Positions 10,378 through 19,390 of a DNA stretch of 64,000 bases are shown in pieces. Made by a program: the position numbers and the translations under genes. The stretch spans positions 416,001 to 480,000 of the forward strand of contig CAXWPH010000015.1 of the NCBI GenBank assembly GCA_963666055.2. The letters run 5' to 3'. The stretch's first letter is position 1, and each line of letters begins with the position of its first letter. The notes under the pieces were generated by a model, which was not told where the DNA came from, searched no databases, and saw only the letters and a list, made by a program, of their open reading frames with translations. Source of the stretch: Acidobacteriota bacterium. Lineage in GTDB: Bacteria; Acidobacteriota; UBA890; WLXD01.

Positions 10378-11670
10378 CTATATCGGACGCCGGAAATCGT
10401 GTCCGGCGTAGCGGGCGACCGCGCCCAGCTCCTCCTCGATCTGTAGCAAGCGATTGTGTTTGGCGGTGCGCTCGCCGCGGATTGGCATGCCGGTCTTGAT
10501 CTGGCCGCTGTCGAGGCCCACCGCCAGGTCGGCGATGATCGGGTCCTCGGTCTCGCCGGAACGCTCGGAGACCTGGACGCCGTAGCCGCTGCGGTAGGCG
10601 AACTCCGCCGCGTCCCAAGCCTCGCTCAGGGAACCGATCTGGTTCACCTTGAACAGCATCGCGTTGGCGGCGTTCACAGCAACCCCCTGTTTGAGGCGCT
10701 CGACGTTAGTGACGAAAAGATCGTCACCCACGATTTGGGTCCCTGGCAGTTCCCTGGTCAACTTGGCGAAGCCCTCCATGTCGTCCTCGTCGAGCGGGTC
10801 CTCTATCGAGCCCAACGGATACTTCGCGGCCACCTGCTTATAGAGCTCGATCAAGGCGTCCCGATCGTACTTCTGGTCGCTCAACTCGTAGAGCCCAGCC
10901 ACTTTGTCGAACCAGTGGCTGGCGGCGCAATCGAGACCGTAGATGATGTCCTCGCCGAAGCCCACTTTGTAACCCGCATTCTCGCAGGCGCGCTGCACGA
11001 ACTCGAAGGGCTCCCAAATGCCATGCATCGGGGTCGCAAAGCCCCCTTCGTCGCCAGTATTGGTTGCCAAGATCCCGTACTTCTTGATCACAACATCGCG
11101 CAGAGCCTCGTTGATCTCGGTGGTGATCTGCAAGGCATGACGGTAAGTCTCTGCCCCAACCGGGATGATGATGAACTCTTGAATTTCTAGCTCGTTCGCG
11201 GTCAGCTTTCCGCCGTTGAGGCAGTTCATCAGCGGCACCGGCAGAACGTGCGCAGTCGGACGCAGGTAGCGGTAGAGGGGCACGCCGCACACGTTCGCCG
11301 CCGCACGCGCCACTGCCAGCGACACGCCGACGATCGCGTTTGCCCCTAACCGGCTCTTGTCGGGCGTTCCGTCGAGCCCGCACATAGCGACATCGATCTT
11401 CCGTTGATCGGTAACGTCCATGCCGCGCACGAGTTCTGCGATCTCGCCGTTCACGTTGGCCACCGCTTTCAGTACGCCCTGTCCGGAATACCGGTCAGGT
11501 TCGCCGTCCAACAGCACGTGCGCCTCGTGAGTGCCGGTCGAGCGCCCCTGCGGTACGTCGGCGCGCCCGGCGAGCGTTCCGTCCACCCAGATGTCGGCTT
11601 GGACGGTGGGCCAACCGCGACAGTCGATGATCTCTCGGGCCTTCGCGTCAGTGATTTTGAACCTGCCCAC
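10378..11670 (-). CDS. eno: Enolase (phosphopyruvate hydratase) homologue with atypical active-site residues
   Basis: Motifs REIID.RG.PTV, LGANAI, QEF, GDEGGF, LDCAAS, IEDP, VGDDLFVTN, KVNQIG, RSGETED and GQIKTG. Confidence 0.85.
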   Translation of the reverse strand: MGRFKITDAKAREIIDCRGWPTVQADIWVDGTLAGRADVPQGRSTGTHEAHVLLDGEPDRYSGQGVLKAVANVNGEIAELVRGMDVTDQRKIDVAMCGLDGTPDKSRLGANAIVGVSLAVARAAANVCGVPLYRYLRPTAHVLPVPLMNCLNGGKLTANELEIQEFIIIPVGAETYRHALQITTEINEALRDVVIKKYGILATNTGDEGGFATPMHGIWEPFEFVQRACENAGYKVGFGEDIIYGLDCAASHWFDKVAGLYELSDQKYDRDALIELYKQVAAKYPLGSIEDPLDEDDMEGFAKLTRELPGTQIVGDDLFVTNVERLKQGVAVNAANAMLFKVNQIGSLSEAWDAAEFAYRSGYGVQVSERSGETEDPIIADLAVGLDSGQIKTGMPIRGERTAKHNRLLQIEEELGAVARYAGHDFRRPI

Positions 11671-11825
11671 ACTTCCTCCAATGGTCTTGAAACACCATGA
11701 ATGTACCTTGATTCGCTGGCCCAGCGGATACCACTATGATCTTCGACGTCGATGGAAACCTGCCACCATTCGACGGGCCGATGGGCCCAGGCCAACTCCA
11801 CAAGGGGCGCATAACCGAGACTCAA

Positions 11826-13326
11826 ATGGCCGACCCACTCCAGCCCACAGCGGCAAGGGAAGCCACGACGCTCGATACCGAGTTCAAGCGGGGACTCGGT
11901 CTCTTCGATTCCACCATGATCGTCGTCGGCTCGATGATCGGCTCGGGCATCTTCCTCGTATCTCCCGATATGGCCCGGCTGCTGGGAAGCCCTGGCTGGC
12001 TCTTGGTCGCGTGGGCCATCGCCGGCGTCCTGACGGTCGCGGCGGCCCTCCTACGGAGAGCTCGCCGCCATGATGCCGCGGGCCGGTGGTCAGTATGTCT
12101 ACATCCGCGAAGCGTTCTCGCCGCTGCTCGCTTTCCTGTACGGGTGGACGCTCTTCCTGGTCATCCAGACCGGCCTGATCGCGGCGGTCGGAGTTGCGTT
12201 CGCTCGCTACTCCCAATGGCTCTGGCCCTGGATCTCAGAGGAACGCTACATCATCCCGCCACTCCACCTGTCCACACGATATGCGGTCTCTTTGTCGACC
12301 GCCCAGTTGGTTGGCATAGGCATGATCGCCTTCATCACCTGGACCAATACGCGTGGCCTCAAGTACGGAAAACTCGTCCAGAACGTATTCACCACCACCA
12401 AGACAGTTGCGCTGGTGGCGCTCATCTTCGTTGGTGTAACGCTCGGCTGGAGAGCTGGTGGCGGCGGGGTGAACTTCACCGACCTCTGGACGCCGCGTGG
12501 AGAGGTCTCCATCGTCCCCGGCTTGACGGCGGCGACGACCTACGGCCTGTTCATCGCGGTCTGCGTGGCGCAGGTCGGATCGCTGTTCGCCGCGGATGCC
12601 TGGAACAACATCACCTTCACCGCCGGCGAAGTGAAGAACCCGCGCCGCAACCTCCCCCTGTCGTTGGCCCTCGGCACCACCATCGTGATCGCCCTGTACA
12701 TCCTGACGAACGTTGCCTACCTGGCAACGCTCCCCATCGAGCAGATTCAGACCGCACCGTCGGACCGCGTGGCCACGGCGACCATCGAAGCCATTTTCCC
12801 CGGTTTGGGCGTCGTTTTGATGTCGATTGGCATCATGATCTCGACGTTTGGATGCAACAACGGGCACATACTGTCGGGGGCGCGAGCCTACTACGCTATG
12901 GCTCGCGATGGCCTGTTCTTCGCGGTGGCGGGCCGCCTCAATAAGCAGAAGGTGCCGGCGGCAGCCCTCGTGCTCCAGGGCCTCTGGGCAGCCACGCTCA
13001 TCCTGCCGAGAACTTTCGACCCAAATACCGGCACCTACGGCAACCTCTACAACAACCTGCTCGACTACATCGTCTCGGCCTCCCTGCTCTTCTACATCTT
13101 GACCATCGCTGGTCTATTTCGTCTCCGCCGCACCCGTCCCGACGCGGAGCGGCCGTACCGCGCCTTCGGCTACCCGATCGTGCCAATCGTCTACATGGCG
13201 GGCGCGGCCACCCTTGTGGTGGTTCTTTTCACCTACCGGACCTCCACGACGTGGCCGGGCCTGATCATCGTGCTCCTCGGCGTCCCGGTCTACTTCGTGT
13301 GGCGGCGCCGCCATGGTCGGGGCTAG
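11826..13326 (+). pseudogene. APC-family amino acid permease with frameshift near 12050
   Basis: The N-terminus (GLFDSTMIVVGSMIGSGIF…VAAAL) and the remainder (YGELAAMMPRAGGQYVY…) are in different frames. The sequence reads CTC CTAC where CTC TCC TAC is expected. Confidence 0.8.
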
Positions 13327-13597
13327 CAGACCGTGGTGAAAGTGTGGTGGGTCTGGCGACAGGGTCTTGCGAAGTGGAGGCAAGGAGAGAGGAGGAGGCG
13401 ATGGTTACCCCATCGTTGACGAGGAACGACGCAGCATGCGCGCGCAACCCCCTGTCGCCCGAAGGGTTACGGCGATTTGGGGCCATCTGCGGCGTTGGCC
13501 CTCCTGGACGATACAGCAAGCATCGCCTGCGTCGCGTCGCCTTGCATCTGGCCCCACGACGCCATAACCAGACCCACCAGAGTTTTTCAGCACCCTG
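13327..13597 (+). mobile_element. MITE copy 1 (271 bp, IS5/IS1182-like ends)
   Basis: Left end CAGACCGTGGTGAAAGTGTGGTGGGTCTGG and right end CCAGACCCACCAGAGTTTTTCAGCACCCTG, flanked by CTAG and TTAA. An inverted homologue lies at 17498-17768. Confidence 0.85.
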
Positions 13598-13699
13598 TTA
13601 ATGGTTAGGACGGGTACGCTTAACACCTAGCTCGGGCCGCGCCGGGACTGACTCTGTCTCTATCCTGGAGTCCTCTGGCGCCCCATTCGGGAGATTCTC

Positions 13700-15151
13700 A
13701 TGAGACTCCGAGCTGTTGTCGTCCGTGTTGCCCTGCTGACCTTGATCGCTTCGCCGTCGCAGGCGCAGACCGTCGACCCCAGCCTGGCGCTCTTCTTCCA
13801 GGCCGCCTCTCCGGACCAGGGCACCTCCGAAGACGCGCTCGAGGAGATCGGCAAGCACTGGAAGAACGGCTACGCAGCGCTCCTGCTCGACTGGATGCGT
13901 TTCCTGCCGTCGAGCGAGCGTGGCGACAACGCCCCCGGGCTGGGTGCCCGTGGCCAGCAGGAGCCCGACGATCCCGAGTTCTCCAACAGCCACGACCCGC
14001 GCGTGCAGACGCGCGAGCGCATCCTGAAGTTCCTCGAGAGGCAGACCGGACAGAAGCACGGCGAAGATCTCGACGCATGGCGCCACTGGATGTGGGCCCA
14101 ACCGTACGACACCCATGCCCAGATCAGTACGTTCAAGGCCAACCTCTACGGCAGCGTCGACCAGGCGTTCCGTAAGTTCTTTCGAGGTACGTCGGCGGTG
14201 CGCATCGACGAGATCGATTGGGGCGGCGTGCGGGTAGCGGGCATCCCGGCGCTCGACCACCCGCCGTTGGTTTCGGCGGCCGAGGCTTCGTACCTGGACG
14301 ACGACGACATCGTGTTCGGGCTGTATATCAACGGCCATGCGCGCGCCTATCCCAAGCGCATCCTAGCCTGGCACGAGCTCGCGTGGGACACCGTCGGCGA
14401 CCTGGAGATCACGTTGGTGTACTGCACCCTCTGCGGCGTGGTGATCCCATACAAGAGCGAGGTGGGCGGACAGGTGGTCAAACTCGACACTTCCGGTCTG
14501 CTGTTCCGTTCCAACAAGCTCCTATTCGACGAGCCGTCATCAACGCTCTGGTCAAGCATCACCGGCGAACCGCTGGTTGGCAGCATGGTTGGGAGCGGCG
14601 TGCGCCTCAGCCCCCTGCCGGTGGTGACCACAACCTGGCGTGACTGGCGCGCATCGAATCCGCATACGACCGTGCTGTCAGTGGACACCGGCTTCGAGCG
14701 GGATTACGGCGAGGGCGTGGCCTACGCGGACTACTTCGCCACCGACGAGTTGATGTTCGAGGTATCAAATCGAGACTCGCGGCTCAAGAACAAGGACGAG
14801 GTGCTGGCGGTGCGCTTCCCCGGTGGTGACGGCAATCAGGCGCTGGCGATCTCGACCGATTTTCTGCGACGCAACCGATTGTTCCATACCAGTTTTGCCG
14901 GGCGCGACCTGCTGGTAGTCACCAGCGAGGACGGCGCCAACCGGCTCTACGCTTCGCCGGCCGTGAAGCTCGTGCGCTTCCTCGACGGCAACCGCATTGA
15001 GGACGAGCAGGGCAACTTGTGGGAAGCGCGCGAAGATCGGCTGGTGCCCTTGGCCACTCCCGCGGAGGCGCTGCCGCGCCTGAATGCCTTTCGGGCCTTC
15101 TGGTTCGGGTGGTATGCGCAATACCCGGAAACGGAGTTGATCGCGAGCTAG
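13700..15151 (+). CDS. Secreted DUF3179-family protein (CxxC)
   Basis: A signal peptide, then motifs GGV…GIPALD.P, ARAYP.RIL.WHE, YCTLCG, SGLL..SN.L, TLWS.ITG, TTW.DW…P.T.VL and FWFGWY..YPET. Confidence 0.85.
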   Translation: MRLRAVVVRVALLTLIASPSQAQTVDPSLALFFQAASPDQGTSEDALEEIGKHWKNGYAALLLDWMRFLPSSERGDNAPGLGARGQQEPDDPEFSNSHDPRVQTRERILKFLERQTGQKHGEDLDAWRHWMWAQPYDTHAQISTFKANLYGSVDQAFRKFFRGTSAVRIDEIDWGGVRVAGIPALDHPPLVSAAEASYLDDDDIVFGLYINGHARAYPKRILAWHELAWDTVGDLEITLVYCTLCGVVIPYKSEVGGQVVKLDTSGLLFRSNKLLFDEPSSTLWSSITGEPLVGSMVGSGVRLSPLPVVTTTWRDWRASNPHTTVLSVDTGFERDYGEGVAYADYFATDELMFEVSNRDSRLKNKDEVLAVRFPGGDGNQALAISTDFLRRNRLFHTSFAGRDLLVVTSEDGANRLYASPAVKLVRFLDGNRIEDEQGNLWEAREDRLVPLATPAEALPRLNAFRAFWFGWYAQYPETELIAS

Positions 15152-15330
15152 TGCCCTTCCGTCTCGCCATCGACCACTCCACTCTTCGGTACCTTTGGTC
15201 GTCGGTCGAAACGCCGACTCAGCCGCCGCCTGAACGTTCCGATACGCAAGTCAGAGGCTATCCCTTGCTTGCAGCAGGGCCGCATGACTACAGTCCGTTC
15301 TGGGGTCGTTTCGAGTGGAGGTACCGTTCG

Positions 15331-16554
15331 ATGGCCGTGCGCCAAGTGCGGGGTCGACATCGCCGCAAGATCCTGTTCGCGAGCATGATGCCGGGAGTGA
15401 TCATCGGTGTCCCGCTGGCGATGTTGCTGGTTTCCGAGCTCCAATCACTGGGTCGCTTGGAGCAGGCATCGAGACAGGTGCTGACGCAGACCGGCGTGCG
15501 CGTCGCCGACGAGCTGGCGAGGGCGATTCGACGAGATCTCACGACCATGTATAGCGAGGTTCTGGACGCGATTCCACGCGTCGCCTTGCGTCGAGGGGAC
15601 CTGGAGAAGATCCGCTCTCTCGTGGACACAATCCGCGATCCCGTCGCGCTGGGTACCTTCTTCGTGGGTATGGCGTCGGCGAAAGCGGAAGCGTCCGGTG
15701 AAGCGACCCCCTACTCGGTTCTGTTCGCCGGGCCGGAGCCGTTCGATGGGCCCGAGAATCCTCGGCTTGGTGCGCCGACCGCGTTCGGCAGGCCTGCTGC
15801 CATCCAACCACCCGCTGCACCGAGCCGCCTGGGGTTCCACACCGACCCGGAGCTCGCCAAGGCCGTGGCCGCGCGCATCGAGCACATCGAGGCGACCGGG
15901 ATCTCGGAGGGTTGCGGCTTCGTTTCAGTCAGAGGCCAGGATCACCTTGTCGTCGTACGCCTGGTGTATTCGGATCCGACGCGCACCCGAGTCGATCGGT
16001 TCGTCGGATTCGCCGTCCCCGTCAAACAGCTTGCCTCACAGTACTTGCCCAGCCTGGCGGCCCAGATTCGCGGATCGGAAGCCCTCTTCTCAACCGACCA
16101 ACCACTGGAGGTCTCGATCTTCGACGCGAGCGGCACCGAGACCTATCGAACCGGCCCGTCGTTGGTCGGCAGCTACGTCCATCAGGCAGCGTTTCCAATG
16201 TTGCTGCTCGGCGACGACCACCTGCTAGCCAACCCCGACGACCACCAGCCCGTGCCTGTCTGGGTCGTTCGCACTGGCTATCCGGGGACCGATCCGGCGG
16301 AGCTAGCAAGGAGCAGCACTAATCAGCAACGTCAGGTGCTGTTTCTGGTGACCGTGGTCGCCGCGGTCGGCGTCGTCCTGTCGGGGCGCGCCGTCGCCCG
16401 CGAGCTCGGCGTCGCCGAACTCAAGAAGGAGTTCGTGTCCAGCGTCTCGCACGACCTGAAGACGCCGCTGGCGTCGATCCAGGTTCTTGCCGACACCCCA
16501 GCTCTCGCAGCAACTCGGTGTCCTGGGGAGTTTGATCAAGGCCTTTCTGGATGA
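15331..16554 (+). pseudogene. Membrane sensor histidine kinase truncated after the H-box
   Basis: GGAGG RBS, two TM helices and the H-box EFVSSVSHDLKTPLASIQ. Homology ends at ~16497 and there is no HATPase domain. Confidence 0.8.
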
Positions 16555-16577
16555 GCGCCCTGGCAGCGGCGGCATGT

Positions 16578-16965
16578 CGATGACGGCGGCATCGTGACGC
16601 TGCTCGACCCGGACAGCGGCGAGGTGCTCCACCGCGGCCGTCTCTACGATGCGGTCGAGAGCTACTTCGCCTCGCCGGTCGCCGGCGACGGCAAAATCTT
16701 CATGGTCAGCGAGGCATGCAAGGTGGCGGTGCTGAGGCCAGGCCCCACCCTCGACATCCTCGCAGTCAACGACCTCGACGACATCTGTTTCGCAACCCCG
16801 GCTATCGACGAGAATCACATCTACGTGCGCACCCGCAGCGCGCTGCACGCGTTCGCCGTGCCCGCGCCGGCGGGGCCGGCGGGGTCGAGTCAACAGCTGT
16901 CGGGTGCGGCGACAGCGATCGGCGGCAGGATCAGCAGACGAACATGGCCACAAGCGCTGCGATAA
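16578..16965 (+). pseudogene. C-terminal fragment of a PQQ-like (BamB-type) β-propeller protein
   Basis: DDGGIVTLLD..SGEV…GRL…YFASPVAGDGKIF..SE…ILAVNDL…FATPAI….IYVRT..LHAF, with no N-terminus. Confidence 0.7.
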
Positions 16966-17100
16966 TCGACTCGCCGGCGCCGCGTGGGCACCGCCTGAGG
17001 AAAGGGTCGGCGCCCACATGATCGGCAGCAGACTTCGATGCAATGAACGGCGAACTCTAACCGTTCGATACCATCTCGCCGCAGTCGCGCAGCCGATGAC

Positions 17101-17463
17101 TCAGAAGTTCATGAGCTTGTCGCTCTCTGCCGCAAGCTCAGCGTAGCGCTTCGGATCGATGAACTCGGCGTTCTTTCCCTCAAGATCGGCCTCGAAGACC
17201 TCACGGGCCTTCGCGCAACCCCCTCAGACGTAGATCGGCACACCGTTATCGACGGCAAACTGGAATAGCTCCTTGAGCGGCGGCATGCCGACGCCAACGA
17301 GGCTCTCCCGCAGCCCGTCCTTGAGGATCACCGGACTGTCAACGGCCAACACGATACCGACATCGTGCCCGGCTTCTTTGGCCCCTTTGGCGATGTGGAA
17401 GGGCAAGCTTGCACGGGTAGGATCATCGGCCCCGTGAGTACCCGTGATCAGGAATTTTGCCAT
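17101..17463 (-). CDS. DsrE-family selenoprotein (120 aa; UGA=Sec at 17224-17226)
   Basis: A DsrE-like N-terminus (THGADDPTRASLPF..A.GA.EAGH) reads through TGA as PIYV-U-GGCAKARE…GKNAEFIDP.RY.EL..ESDKLMNF*. Confidence 0.85.
17193..17213 (-). promoter_or_regulatory. Putative bacterial SECIS hairpin
   Basis: CGAAGGCC-CGUGA-GGUCUUCG forms an 8-bp stem with G at loop position 2. There are 18 nt between the UGA and the loop. Confidence 0.65.
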
Positions 17464-17497
17464 CGGACACCTCCCCTCTTCTGCCCCTACGTACTAA

Positions 17498-17768
17498 CAG
17501 GCCGTGGTGAAAGTGTGGTGGGTCTGGTTACGGCGAGTTGGGGCCAGATGCAAGGCGGCCTGACGCAGGCGATGCCCTAGCCATCGTCGAGGAAGGCCAA
17601 CACCGTAAATGGCCCCAAATCGCCGTAACCCTTCGGGCGACAGGGGGTTGCGCGCGTAGGCTGCGTCGTTCCTCGTCAACGATGCGGTAACCATCGCCTC
17701 CTCCTCTCTCCTTGCCTCCGCCCCGCAAGACCCTGTCGCCAGACCCACCACACTTTCACCACGGCCTG
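17498..17768 (-). mobile_element. MITE copy 2 (271 bp), perfect 30-bp terminal inverted repeats
   Basis: CAGGCCGTGGTGAAAGTGTGGTGGGTCTGG…CCAGACCCACCACACTTTCACCACGGCCTG, flanked by CTAA and CTAG. The interior is the reverse complement of copy 1. Confidence 0.9.
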
Positions 17769-17868
17769 CTAGGGCGACACCTCAAGCTTGACTCCTGGCC
17801 GCTACCCCCGGCGAAATCGAGGACCTCATGCGGGTCGACTTCGTTGCGCAGTTGAGGGGAATCGGGTG

Positions 17869-18183
17869 CTAGTGCAGCGTGGTGCTCATGGCGTACCACC
17901 CCTCCTGGAACTCGCCGCACAGCGTCGCCACCAGCGGGTGGCTGATCGGCTGACCGCCGTCGTCCGGCTCGAGGTTTCGCTCGGCCACGTAGGTCGTGTG
18001 GTCAGCCCCGTCGACGAGCACGTGATACCACGGGCTGTCTTTCGGCGGGCAAGACCGCGCCACCATCTCGTACCACTCGTCGGCGCCTTGAAAGGTGGCG
18101 TCGACGTCGAAGATGACGCCACGGTAGTCGAACTTCGTGTGATGGACGATCTGGCCGACGAAGAACCTGGCGGTGTGCTCCAT
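17869..18183 (-). CDS. hspQ: Heat shock protein HspQ / YccV-like
   Basis: F.VGQIVHH..FDYRGVIFDVD…PWYHVLVD…TYVAERNL..D…I.HP. Confidence 0.85.
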   Translation of the reverse strand: MEHTARFFVGQIVHHTKFDYRGVIFDVDATFQGADEWYEMVARSCPPKDSPWYHVLVDGADHTTYVAERNLEPDDGGQPISHPLVATLCGEFQEGWYAMSTTLH

Positions 18184-18521
18184 GACGCCGGTCACGTTAT
18201 CACCGCACGCCCCGTGCCGTCCTGAGTTTTCCTGAGTCGGTTGTTCATGTGGTCCTCTCCTGTTTTCTGTACTTCCTCAGCGAAACTCCCACGCCTTCCG
18301 CTTCGCCGGCTCGACAGGGTCCGAAGCGGGATTCTCCCGGTCTCATATTCGGTGACCACCAGGGTCTGTTGTTGTCGCGGTATACATTACCGTCCATTCC
18401 TGCGCCGTCACGTTGCCGCTGTCGGTTTGCCGACGCCAGAGTGGTGCTGGTGGCGCCGGGGACAACCCCGTTGCGCGTCGACCGACAACCCCGTCGGCGC
18501 CACCGCTCAAGGGAGACCACC

Positions 18522-19100
18522 ATGAGGTTGATGCGCGTTCCCGTCATGCCAGTCGCGGTCGCCTTGGCGGCCCTACTTTTGGCGGTTCCGAGCGTTGGAG
18601 AAGTCGTGCTTGAGGATTCCGCACTGCGGGTGGCCAACGTCTACCAGGCGAACCCGGCGCCGGAGATTTCCGCGCCGACAGCGCACATCAACGCTGCACA
18701 GGTTGGCTGGGAGAACATCGGCGCCATCACGCGCTGGAATACGGTCATTGGCGGCGACTCGATTCCCGACGACGACATGCAGGTAGGCCTCTGGGAGCTC
18801 GCGCCGCGGGCGATCTACGCCGGTCACGTTCACCCGGTACCGGAGTTCTACGTCGTCCTTGATGGGCAAGCCGAGTGGACCCTAGGCAGCGACACCTTCG
18901 TCGCCGAGCCGGGCGAGGTGGTCTACATCGCCCCGAATACGATGCACCGGATGGTGAACCTGACAGACGATCTGGTGCGGGCGGTCTGGGGCCGCTGGGC
19001 TCCGAACGGCGATCGCAGCGTGTTCGACGGCGAGTATCGGTTCGTGGAGCCGATTCCGGAACAACCACCTGAGGCAGTGTTCCCGCAGTCAGGGCAGTAA
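18522..19100 (+). CDS. Secreted cupin, DMSP-lyase (DddW/K/L-like) type motif
   Basis: A signal peptide, then RW.T.IGGD..P…M.VG..ELAP..IY..H.HP.PEFY.VL.G.AEW…GEVVYI.PN..H. Confidence 0.65.
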   Translation: MRLMRVPVMPVAVALAALLLAVPSVGEVVLEDSALRVANVYQANPAPEISAPTAHINAAQVGWENIGAITRWNTVIGGDSIPDDDMQVGLWELAPRAIYAGHVHPVPEFYVVLDGQAEWTLGSDTFVAEPGEVVYIAPNTMHRMVNLTDDLVRAVWGRWAPNGDRSVFDGEYRFVEPIPEQPPEAVFPQSGQ

Positions 19101-19390
19101 GACTGCGCTCAGGCAGCCTGTACACGCCGCGGTGGCCGGATGCGAGACCCCTCAACGCGAGACGCTCGCGCCGCTGTGATCTCGGGCCAGGCGGAGTACG
19201 CCCTTCTTCGTGCCAACCGTCGGGTTGAGCTCGATGACTACACGGAGCCATTCTGAGAGCGATCGGTGCGCCTGCCTGTATCCAGCGGCATTCCCGAGCT
19301 ACCGTTGATCCAATCGGGAGTTCGGGCTTTTGCCCAGGGTTCGGGTGGGCGCCGAACGGCTCAGCGGCGTTGGCTTGAAGGAGTCGAAGG

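Noticed and set aside
13251-13626. Small ORFs within the MITEs (also 17494-17751)
   Set aside because: They are translations of the repeat with no transposase motif.
14415-14440. Selenocysteine in DUF3179
   Set aside because: Both CxxC codons are TGC.
18250-18345. Glycine or TPP riboswitch
   Set aside because: GGGAGA and GCTGAG-like words are present, but the CTCTCAGG or ACCTGAT core is absent.
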